This document shows, piece after piece, positions 15,950-23,595 of a stretch of 32,000 nt of DNA. The number at the start of each line of letters is the position of its first letter. The first letter of the stretch is position 1. A model generated the notes under the pieces. That model ran no database searches, was not told where the DNA came from, and saw only the letters and a list, made by a program, of their open reading frames with translations. The DNA is taken from the NCBI GenBank assembly GCA_046351255.1, contig JAXLYU010000011.1, forward strand, positions 243,617 through 275,616. Reading direction: 5' to 3'. Both the position numbers and the translations under genes were made by a program. Source of the DNA: Labilithrix sp. Lineage in GTDB: Bacteria; Myxococcota_A; Polyangia; Polyangiales; Polyangiaceae.

Positions 15950-18088
15950 ATGCGTCCGCTTCGCTTCCTCCTGGTCCTCCCGCTCGCCCTGACCCCCGCC
16001 TGCGGCGACGACGAGGGCAGCGGCGATCCCGCCAAGATCATCCCGCCAGGCGCGACCGCCGCGCCGGGCGATCTACCGCCCGCCGCCGCATACGTGGAGC
16101 TCCGGGGCACGGAGGTCGGCGTCTCGAGCGGCTTCGCCTGCACGCTGACGAACGAGCGCAAGGTGATCTGCTGGGGCGATCTCGAGTACCAGCACCTCCA
16201 GCAGCTGAACGCGCTCGGCAAGACGGGCGTCGAGGTCAAGCTCCCCTCCCCTGCGAAGACCCTCTCGTTCTCCGGCGACGTCGGCTGCGCGCTCGCCGAA
16301 GACGGAAGCGTTCGCTGCTGGGGGAGCCAGGCGGAGGGCAACAACGGCGCGGGAAAGATCGGCGCGCCCGCCGAGGCGAGCGACTCGGTGTCGATCGCAG
16401 GCTTCCCCGGCCCCGTCGACGTCCTGCACATGGCGGGCAGCAACGACAGCGACTCGTGCGCGATCTCGCAGGGCCGCATCTTCTGCTGGGACCCGATCCG
16501 CCAGGGCACCGTCGCGGAGCTGCCCGGCGGCATCACCGACGCGAAGCTCGTGGCTCGAGACTCCTCGCGCGACGTCACGTGCGTCGTGCGCGCAGACGGC
16601 AAGCTATATTGTTGGGGCTCCAACGAATGGGGCCAGCTTGGCGTCCCCATCGGCGGCACGAGCGGGACTCCGCCGAAGGTGACGACGCCCACCGAGGTGC
16701 CGGAGCTCACGAACGTCACCGCGGTCGAGGTCGGCGACGATCGGGTCTGCGCCGTGTCGAACGGCAACATCGTCTGCTGGGGCGATCGCTGGTACGCCCC
16801 GCTCACCGAGGCGCAGCGAAAAGAGCCGGTCCCGAAGCTCACGGTGGCGGGCGTGAGCAACGTGACGAAGCTCCGGAAGTCGCCGTCGAGCTCCGAGTAC
16901 TGCGCGATCTCCGCCGGCAAGGCGTACTGCTTCGCGGCTGGATCGCTCGACAAGGCCCCCGTCGCGCTCGAGATCGCAGAGCCGGGCGCCACCGACATCG
17001 CGCTGAACCAGGGCACGCGCTGCGGCGTCTTCGCCGAGGGACGCGTGAAGTGCTGGGGCTCGTCTCCTTCCCCCTCCAACGGCGACGGCGGCTTCGTCTA
17101 TCACCCCGTCCCGACCTTCGTGCCAGGCGTCACGGGCGCGACGCGGCTCTTCGCCACGCAGGTCGGCGCGTGCGTCCTCGACCGGGACAACCACGCGTCG
17201 TGCTGGGGCGGTGTCCCGCTGAACCGCGCCGCCCCGCCCGAGATCGGCGACGGCCACGTGCAGCGCTGGCCCGCGCTCGACAACGCGACGTTCATCGGTC
17301 TCGGCAACGGTTACCCGCCGCCGCGCTGCGGGGTCTTCGGCGGCGCGTTGATGTGCGCGGCCAAGCCGACCGAGACCGCGCCGGCCCCGTTCAAGGGTCT
17401 GACGAACGTGGTCGACTTCGCGATGAGCGCGAGCGAGGGCTGCGCACGGCTCACCGATGGGACCCTCACCTGCTGGCGCGAGAACAAGGACCCCGCGGTG
17501 GTGAAGGGCCTCGGCGGCGTGAAGGCGATCGTTCTCGTGAACGGGCGCGTGGGCGGCGCCAGGGCGTGCGTGCTCCAGGAAGGCGTGAAGTGCTGGAACG
17601 GCGTGCCCGGACCCGACGATGCGGACAAGGTCGCGACGCCGCAAGCGGCCGGCGCAAAGCTCTCCGCGGGCGCGACCGACCTCCACGCGGACCTCGGCGA
17701 GCTTCGCTGCGGTCTCACGCCGAGCGGGGTCGCCTGTGACGTCGAGACGTTCGGCCAGACCGAGCTCGCCGGCGACATCAGCGGCACCGCGGGCGCGTCA
17801 CTCCTCACCGTGGGCCAGCGCCACGCGTGCGCGCTGGCGGGCGGGCGCGTGCAGTGCTGGGGCAACGGCAACTCCGGTCAGCTCGGCAGCGGCAACTTCG
17901 GCGCGAGCGCGTCCGCGTTTCCGGTCTCCAACGCCGCCGTCCCCGTGGCGCTCGGCGCCGGCGCCGACTTCACGTGTGGGCTCGTGGGCGACGGACGCGT
18001 GCAGTGCTGGGGCTCGAACATGACCGGCATCGTGTCGCCGCCACCCGCGGTGCACGAGCTGCCCAATCAGGTGAAGGTCATCTTCTGA
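15950..18088 (+). CDS. RCC1-repeat (beta-propeller) lipoprotein
   Basis: MRPLRFLLVLPLALTPACGDD is a signal peptide with a lipobox. It is followed by about 14 repeats of the RCC1-like unit ending in h-x-C-W-G, for example VICWGD, VRCWGS, LYCWGSNEWGQLG, IVCWGD, VKCWGS, VQCWGNGNSGQLGSG, VQCWGSN. Confidence 0.85.
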   Translation: MRPLRFLLVLPLALTPACGDDEGSGDPAKIIPPGATAAPGDLPPAAAYVELRGTEVGVSSGFACTLTNERKVICWGDLEYQHLQQLNALGKTGVEVKLPSPAKTLSFSGDVGCALAEDGSVRCWGSQAEGNNGAGKIGAPAEASDSVSIAGFPGPVDVLHMAGSNDSDSCAISQGRIFCWDPIRQGTVAELPGGITDAKLVARDSSRDVTCVVRADGKLYCWGSNEWGQLGVPIGGTSGTPPKVTTPTEVPELTNVTAVEVGDDRVCAVSNGNIVCWGDRWYAPLTEAQRKEPVPKLTVAGVSNVTKLRKSPSSSEYCAISAGKAYCFAAGSLDKAPVALEIAEPGATDIALNQGTRCGVFAEGRVKCWGSSPSPSNGDGGFVYHPVPTFVPGVTGATRLFATQVGACVLDRDNHASCWGGVPLNRAAPPEIGDGHVQRWPALDNATFIGLGNGYPPPRCGVFGGALMCAAKPTETAPAPFKGLTNVVDFAMSASEGCARLTDGTLTCWRENKDPAVVKGLGGVKAIVLVNGRVGGARACVLQEGVKCWNGVPGPDDADKVATPQAAGAKLSAGATDLHADLGELRCGLTPSGVACDVETFGQTELAGDISGTAGASLLTVGQRHACALAGGRVQCWGNGNSGQLGSGNFGASASAFPVSNAAVPVALGAGADFTCGLVGDGRVQCWGSNMTGIVSPPPAVHELPNQVKVIF

Positions 18089-18108
18089 CCGTCAACTGGT
18101 GAGGAGCG

Positions 18109-18912
18109 TCAGCCGAACTGCACCGCGCTCACGAACACGCCCATCACTTCGTCCCGGAAGATGCGCCTCCCGCGATCGTCGCCGGCCGCGCCCGCAGCGA
18201 CCATCAATGGAAGCAGGTGCTCCTCTCGCGGATGGCTCTCGCGTGCGGCGGGAGCGCCGCTCCACTTCGTGAGCGCCTCGTCGCGGGCCGAGGGATCGCG
18301 CTCGACGGCATCGGCCAGCCACGTGTCGAAGCGCTCGCTCGCGCCACGGCCGGAGCCGCTCATGAACCCGCGCATGTTGTGATAGCTCATGCCGCTGCCG
18401 ACGATGAGGACCCCCTCGTCGCGAAGCGGCGCGAGCGCGCGACCGATCGCGATGTGCTCTGCCGGATCGAGCTCCTCCTTGAGCGAGAGCTGAAGCGTCG
18501 GGATCTCGGCCTCGGGGAACGCGACCTTCAGCGGCACGAAGACGCCGTGGTCGTAGCCGCGCTCGTCGTCCGTCGCGGACTCGATGTTCGCCTTCGTGAG
18601 CAGCTCGCGCACCCGCGTCGCGAGCGCGGGCGCGCCCGGCGCGGGCCACGTGAGCTCGTACGTGTGCTTCGGAAAGCCGTAGTAGTCGAAGTAGAGCGCC
18701 GGCCTGGGCGCGCCGAGCAGCGTCGGGATTCTCGTCTCCCAGTGACCCGAGATCACGAGGATCGCCTTTGGCTTCTCGGGCAGCGTCGACGGCAGCGCCT
18801 CGAGCCAGGCGCGCATGCGCTCCCACGTGTTCGCCGGGCCCATCGTCCAGTCCATGAAGAAGCACGGACCACCGCCATGCGGGATGAAGAGCGTCGGCAT
18901 GCGTTTCGACAT
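18109..18912 (-). CDS. Class III extradiol ring-cleavage dioxygenase (LigB family, YgiD / 4,5-DOPA dioxygenase-like)
   Basis: The track ORF (to 19224) is over-extended. The ATG at 18912 gives MSKRMPTLFIPHGGGPCFF...ILVISGHWE...YDHGVFVPL...GSGMSYHN...REEHLLPL, which matches the metal-ligand and active-site motifs of YgiD-like LigB enzymes. About 267 aa. Confidence 0.87.
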   Translation of the reverse strand: MSKRMPTLFIPHGGGPCFFMDWTMGPANTWERMRAWLEALPSTLPEKPKAILVISGHWETRIPTLLGAPRPALYFDYYGFPKHTYELTWPAPGAPALATRVRELLTKANIESATDDERGYDHGVFVPLKVAFPEAEIPTLQLSLKEELDPAEHIAIGRALAPLRDEGVLIVGSGMSYHNMRGFMSGSGRGASERFDTWLADAVERDPSARDEALTKWSGAPAARESHPREEHLLPLMVAAGAAGDDRGRRIFRDEVMGVFVSAVQFG

Positions 18913-19418
18913 GTCTTCAACGTGCCTCTCGTCGACGCGTGGAACAAGCGGTCGGTCACGGGCCGGATTGTTCCAGCCGAGGAACAATCGCGACCGCGCC
19001 CCCGCGAACGGCCTGATTTCTGGGCACTTCGTCGTGTCCCCACCGCCACGCGCCGGTGACCTGTGGACAGCTTCGCACGCGCGTGGCCGAGGATCGCGGA
19101 ACGGCGTGTGTCGATCGCGCACCTCGGGCGCCCGAACTCGACCGTCGGAAGAAACGATCGCGTGACAGATTCGTGCGGCCGTGGTGCCACGGGCGAGCCA
19201 GGAATTTCGCGCTGGGGCGAGCATCCGGGGCGGTGAACTTGCCGGCGGGTTTTCTGAAATACATACGCCGCAATCAAACTGAATTGTTAGACGACTTGCA
19301 CGCGATCAAACATCATTGTTCTCCACAAGACGGACCGTGATGGCCACCTTCCGGCGCAAATTCGCCCCGACAAAACAGGCTCGTTGCGCAATACACGCGA
19401 TCGGTCCGCGCGCGTGGG

Positions 19419-19439
19419 TGTGGATAACGTTGTGGATAA
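19419..19439 (-). promoter_or_regulatory. Two tandem perfect DnaA boxes
   Basis: TGTGGATAA occurs at 19419-19427 and 19431-19439. This is the exact complement of the E. coli-type DnaA box consensus TTATCCACA. The two copies share orientation, are 12 bp apart centre to centre, and sit 29 nt upstream of the candidate -35 at 19468. Confidence 0.55.
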
Positions 19440-19467
19440 AAAAGTGATTGAGGGCTGATCTTTTTTC

Positions 19468-19496
19468 TTGAACGGCCCGACGTCCTGGGGCATAAA
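19468..19496 (+). promoter_or_regulatory. Candidate sigma70-type promoter inside the gene desert
   Basis: TTGAAC (19468-19473), a 17-nt spacer, then CATAAA (19491-19496). It is preceded by A/T tracts (19436-19467) that could act as an UP element. The predicted start is near 19503. Confidence 0.45.
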
Positions 19497-19502
19497 CCGC
19501 TC

Positions 19503-21943
19503 ATCAAGTTCGCGGCACATCGGGCCACGGACTCTCGGTCGTAGAAGCCGTCTAGGCGCTGCGTCCGGCATCGGTGCGAGCGGGGCAATCAGCTCCCGTC
19601 GACGGCCGAGTCGGTCGAGCTACCTGGCATGCTTGGGTCGTCAGTTCCAGGCATGACCAAGGGAGTAACAAAGGCGTCTGTACTCTCGAACCACCTGCGG
19701 GTGGAACCGTCACGGATCGCGGGTGACCGCACCGTGACACTTGCAATGCCCAACAAAAGCACTCTCCCCAGAGATGGGGAAAAAGTGTGGGCGGCGTGAG
19801 CGAGAGAGCCGGCGCGAAGGCCGGAGGGAGCAACCTCTCCGCGTCATCATCCTTCGCGTGTCGTGGCGGCTAAAGGCATCCCGGTCTTCTGGAAGGCGAC
19901 GCGCTTCGCGGTGCGTCGTTGGAATGGAGGCCTTGATCGGCTCGTCAGCGGTACAAGCGGCTTCCTCCGCGGGTATCGAGCGCGCCGGTGACAGCGGATG
20001 TCCGAAGGCATCGCCGAGGAGGGGAACGACGTCGTCCTACGCCACATAAGCGTAGGAACCGGACGCAGGCACGGGACACCGTCGCATGCGGATCGGGACG
20101 CGTCCTTCGCTCGGTCCTTCGACCCGTGCTCGTTGATCCTCACTATGCACCGACGGGGCAACTCGGCGGTGGTGGGGCGCTCCTGAAGGTATCGCGGCTG
20201 GGCAAACCTGGGTAACCGGGAGGAAACCAGCACCGGGACAGGCAGAAGCGGACGTAGCGCGGCTCGCCGCGTGCCACTGCTCAGCAATCTCGATTGATGA
20301 GCGACGTGGTGCGCAAGAAAAGGAAGGTGGTCGAGGCCACCGTCCCTGCGAGGAAACGAGGTCCGAATTGGTTTGGTTGCCCGCACGTCGTAGTAGCAGT
20401 TGCAGAAGTCGTCAGGCGGCGTCTGGTCTCGAATAAGCTCGGCATTCGCGCAGCAAAAACTGCGGCAGGGTCGAGTGAACGGGGACCTAGCTCGAAGTGA
20501 ACGGCAGTAGGTGGAACCTGCGGTCGGGTGCGGCGAGTGAAAGGTACGTCGGGGTTTCCGGCCTCAATCTCCCTCATCGAACATGCTCAAAAGGCATGGG
20601 GGGAAGGTCCGGACGAAGACCCAGGGTGGCGCGAGAGTGCCACTCAGCGGTTCGACCATCGCCAAAAGCGGTGAGCGGGTCGCGGGACCGGGGCTGTAAT
20701 GGCCACCGGATCCTATGAAGGGTCCCTAACGATGGAAGGCATCCCGGCTCGAAACGGGCGTTGGCTCTTCACGGAGACAGCGCACACGACGAGCTAGGCG
20801 ATCTCCGCATCCTCCGATCCACCCCAACCCGTAAAAACGCGGGCGGGTGGCCAAGACAAAGAAGCAGGCAACGTCGGGGAAGCTCGACGAAGCGCTGAGG
20901 ATGTAACTGAGAGGTCGCGACAGGGGTGTCAGAGGCTCGGCCGCATGCGCGCCGTGGGAAGAAAACGCCCACGTTCGAAACTCCAGCCCGCGAGGGATTA
21001 GAGCTCGAAGCAAGCACGCAGAGACGGTCCGCCGAAGCGGTCTCGGGTGTCGTGAAACACTCGGTCCCCCAATCGTGTCGTCCGGAGCCTTAGTCTCCGG
21101 GGGACGTCCACGCTGGGCAACCAGCGGAGCGAGTTGGGAACGCACGAGGTGCGGGTGCACGTAGTTCGTATGAGTGGCAGAAGTCGGTTCGACGCATCGC
21201 GCGTCTTCTTCACCGGTCGATCGCAAGGTCGGACGGTGGCTCGAAGAGGGCGCTAGCCGGGAGGAAATCCGTAGCTTGCCTGACGTAGGGGCGCGGATGG
21301 GTAGAAGGCGAAACGGTGCGGACGTGTTGAAGGGATCGAAAACATCTCTCCAGCAAGTCGTCCTCGGGTGAAAGCTCGGGGGTTCTGAACACGACGGAAG
21401 GCGTTCTCGGGCTTAGGCCCGTCTTGTCGGGAAACCGCCGAGGCGAAGCCGGGTCCTCTGACCAGCAGGTCAACTCCACTCCGGTCTCTGTAGGCAGCAA
21501 TGTCGACATGCCGGCGATGGACAGCACATCGGGCGAAAAGGATTTCGACTCGGGTGTGCCTGCGGGTGACAGTGAGAACGTCAGAGGTCGACACGATTCG
21601 GTGAAGGCTCCACAAGGACCGAGAAGGCCCACGGGGAGTTCGCATCCTCGGCGCTGAAAAGGCGTCGGACTCAGAGGTGCGCCAAATCGCGATTCGGCCG
21701 AAGCTGGCGGCAGCGAATAGCTCCGTCGACCTTCCCCCTCTCTGGTCACGCGAATGATCGGGGTCGTTGGTAGAGGGCACTCATAATTCGAATACGAGCG
21801 ATGGCGGCGGTGGCGACGGCCACCGGACGCAACGTCCAAAGGGGCAGACAAGAGATCTGCAACGGAGCGCTAAGACGCTCCCCCACGGAAAGCGAACGAC
21901 GACGAGGGTGACCGGGTGACCGGTTCGCCCTCGTCGGCTTTTT
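19503..21943 (+). ncRNA. Candidate very large (about 2.4 kb) structured noncoding RNA of unknown class
   Basis: The unit is bounded by the promoter at 19468-19496 and the intrinsic terminator at 21900-21943. No ORF here has the codon bias of the flanking genes, and G+C is lower.

Verified compact hairpins, with GNRA/UNCG-type loops only when read on the + strand:
- 19691-19704: CCACC/UGCG/GGUGG
- 19709-19738: GUCACGG..GCGG-GUGA-CCGC..CCGUGAC
- 20036-20056: 7-bp stem
- 20819-20850: two-tier hairpin
- 20953-20973
- 21111-21126: CGCUGG-GCAA-CCAGCG
- 21218-21231: CGAUC-GCAA-GGUCG
- 21408-21421: CGGGC-UUAG-GCCCG
- 21808-21825: 7-bp stem

Transcription and conservation are untested. Confidence 0.4.
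21900..21943 (+). terminator. Rho-independent terminator
   Basis: The outer stem is CGACGAGGG (21900-21908) paired with CCCUCGUCG (21928-21936). It extends inward through UGA/UCG and CCGG/CCGG and is capped by a GUGA tetraloop (21916-21919). GC then UUUUU (21939-21943) follows. This is about 16 bp of stem plus a U tract. Confidence 0.75.
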
Positions 21944-22020
21944 GTCGTCCGCGATCCCGCTCGGATCCACTACGGATTGGCACTTTCCGGGGTTTGCGAC
22001 TAGGTTCCGGGCGGATAGGG

Positions 22021-22656
22021 ATGGCGGAACAGAGGACCCGGCAAGACAGCTCGCGTGATCTCCTCGAAGAGCTCGAGGACGGATGGGCGTCTGCGCCTTC
22101 GAGCAAGGGGGCGGCCGCTCAGGTGGCCGCGGACTCCGCGCCCGACGTGAACGATCTCGACGAGGGCTGGCTCGACCAGCTCTTCCCCGAGGAAGACGAA
22201 GACGAAGAAGAAGAGGAGCCCGAGCCGGAGCTCCCGGACGAACGCGCGGATCCCGTGGCGTTCGCGGCCGCGAAGAAGGCGCGCGAGGAGCGCCAGGCGG
22301 CCCGCAAGGAGAAGAAGCGGCAGAAGCTCGAAGCCAAGCGCGCTCGCCAGCGGTCGAAGGCCGCCGCGATGCGCCAGAAGCAGAAGGGCAAGTCGAAGCG
22401 CAAGCCCGCGCCCGCCTCCGAGCGCAGGCCGGAGAAGAAGAGCCGAGCCCCGAAGCCATCGCCCGAGGAAGTGGAAGAGCGCTCCGCGTCGGCCGACGAG
22501 GCCGACGAGGCGATCGCCGAGGTCAAGCCGCGGAAGAAGTCCGTCGCGCCGGCGCCGGCCAAGAAGCCGAACACGATGCAGTCGATCAAGCTGCTCGCGA
22601 TCGTCCTCGGCGTGATGCTCGCCCTCGCCGCCGCCATCGCCGTGATCGCCAAGTAG
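22021..22656 (+). CDS. Hypothetical highly charged tail-anchored membrane protein
   Basis: The ATG at 22021 (MAEQRTRQDSS...) lies after the terminator; the track start at 21916 would run through the terminator hairpin. The protein has an acidic N-terminal part with two L-[ED]-[DE]-G-W motifs and an E/D run. A very basic K/R-rich segment follows (KKAREERQAARKEKKRQKLEAKRARQRSKAAAMRQKQKGKSKRK). It ends in a single C-terminal TM helix (LLAIVLGVMLALAAAIAVIAK). Confidence 0.6.
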   Translation: MAEQRTRQDSSRDLLEELEDGWASAPSSKGAAAQVAADSAPDVNDLDEGWLDQLFPEEDEDEEEEEPEPELPDERADPVAFAAAKKAREERQAARKEKKRQKLEAKRARQRSKAAAMRQKQKGKSKRKPAPASERRPEKKSRAPKPSPEEVEERSASADEADEAIAEVKPRKKSVAPAPAKKPNTMQSIKLLAIVLGVMLALAAAIAVIAK

Positions 22657-22686
22657 GGCGCGTTTTCGCTCTGCTAAGATCCCTGG

Positions 22687-23574
22687 ATGGTGCGGCGGGT
22701 CGCGATCGCGCTCGTGGGGACGATCGCGGGCGCCTGTGGCAGCTTCGGCGCCATCACGCCCGACGACGCTGCGAAGGACACGCGCGACTCGGGCGGAACG
22801 AGGCCCGACGCGAGCCCGAGCGACGCGTCTTCCAGCGGCGCGCCCGCGAGCGATGGCGACGTCGTCGAGCGGACCGACGCCGGGCTCGACTGCTCGGTGG
22901 TGAAGGAGCTCGATCCTTCCGTGCACATGACCGCGATCGACAGCGCGAAGTCGAAGATCACCGTCGATGGCCAGATCGGCGACTGGCCCTGCAGCTCGTT
23001 CCGGCACCTCACGGCGGGCAACGCGGAGAAGAAGCGCGGCGAGGTGCAGCGTATGGAAGGCTTCTTCGCCGTGGCGTGGGCGCCGAACGGCTTCTACTTC
23101 GGCGTGCTCGTGGAGGACGACCGTCCCCTCGAGCTCGCGGGCGACGCCATCACGTACAACGCCGACGCGGTGGAGCTCTATTTCTCGAGCGAGCCGACGA
23201 ACGATGGCCAATGGGACAACGGCAAGCGCGTCCACGCCATCGTCGACTGGAGCGGCCACACGCAGCTCTTCTCACCGACGGGCACGAAGACGCTCGGGAG
23301 CGATCTGGTCACGAAGGTCGGCCTCCGCGGCGACCGGTCGTTCTTCGTCGAAGGCTTCGTGCCGGTCTCCTACGTGGGCGTGACCAACCTCGCGAAAGGC
23401 ACGCCCTACGGCTTCGACGTACAGCTCGACGATCGCTTCGAGGGCAAGCCGCAGAACGGCGTGCTCTGGGCATACGACAAGGGCGCGCTGAGCGGCGGCG
23501 AAGGGAACTGCGGCACTGCCGATCGCGAGCCCGCGTGCGACTCGGGCCTGTGGTCGTTCGTCGATCTCGAGTAG
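22687..23574 (+). CDS. Lipoprotein with a CBM9-like (DOMON-type) carbohydrate-binding domain
   Basis: MVRRVAIALVGTIAGACGS is a signal peptide with a lipobox, followed by a low-complexity linker. The domain then shows ITVDGQIGDWP...FFAVAWAPNGFYFGVLVEDD...NADAVELYFS...FDVQLDD, resembling family 9 carbohydrate-binding modules. Confidence 0.62.
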   Translation: MVRRVAIALVGTIAGACGSFGAITPDDAAKDTRDSGGTRPDASPSDASSSGAPASDGDVVERTDAGLDCSVVKELDPSVHMTAIDSAKSKITVDGQIGDWPCSSFRHLTAGNAEKKRGEVQRMEGFFAVAWAPNGFYFGVLVEDDRPLELAGDAITYNADAVELYFSSEPTNDGQWDNGKRVHAIVDWSGHTQLFSPTGTKTLGSDLVTKVGLRGDRSFFVEGFVPVSYVGVTNLAKGTPYGFDVQLDDRFEGKPQNGVLWAYDKGALSGGEGNCGTADREPACDSGLWSFVDLE

Positions 23575-23595
23575 GGCGCCCGTCGCGCCCATGGC

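Noticed and set aside
14408-17739. 478-aa (14408-15844) and 632-aa (15841-17739) + strand ORFs
   Set aside because: The first is antisense to the CapA-like gene. The second is an off-frame Arg/Gly/Pro-rich frame of the RCC1 gene. Neither has recognisable motifs.
19574-19578. GUGCG, as at the 5' end of group II introns
   Set aside because: I found no domain V-like 34-nt hairpin with the AGC triad and GNRA loop. There is no reverse-transcriptase ORF and no plausible 3' boundary.
20273-20279. GCCACUG, reminiscent of the cobalamin riboswitch core
   Set aside because: The upstream sequence does not fit the GGGAA..GGUG..AAUCC..CCCGCCACUG context. An isolated 7-mer match is expected by chance.
20294-20323. 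Hammerhead-like UUGAUGAG ... AAGAAAAG
   Set aside because: The conserved core requires CUGAUGA, and here the first position is U. No convincing stem II can be drawn, and the GAAA element is out of register.
20598-20645. RNase P RNA-like strings (GGGAAGGUCCGG and AGUGCCAC)
   Set aside because: These resemble the P4 and nearby conserved segments of bacterial RNase P RNA. However, the other universally conserved blocks are absent nearby (for example GGUAAGAGCGCACC-like and ACAGAACCCGGCUUA-like).
19874-20748. Repeated 11-mer AGGCATCCCGG (near 19874 and 20737) and the GGAAGGC triplet inside the desert
   Set aside because: A single repeated 11-mer in about 2.4 kb is roughly what chance allows. 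No extended repeat units or array structure surround them, so this is not CRISPR- or MITE-like.
20649-21193. tRNA T-loop-like GGTTCGAC strings at 20649-20657 and 21186-21193
   Set aside because: The flanking bases do not form a 5-bp T stem or any cloverleaf.
21978-21997. TGGCAC ... TTTGC, resembling a sigma54 -24/-12 promoter, upstream of the 22021 CDS
   Set aside because: The GG-to-GC distance is 17 nt rather than the required 12 or so, so the spacing does not fit.
21916-22020. N-terminal extension of the 22021 CDS (track start at 21916)
   Set aside because: It would start inside the terminator hairpin and translate the U tract. The extension (MTGSPSSAFCRPRSRSDPLRIG...) lacks coding character. 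The ATG at 22021 is preferred.
19847-22459. ORFs inside the gene desert (for example 19847-20386 -, 21210-21851 -, 21253-21780 -, 21746-22459 -)
   Set aside because: They are short and rich in R/P/S/T, lack the flank-like G/C third-position bias, have no recognisable domains, and overlap one another in different frames. The last one is antisense to the real CDS at 22021.
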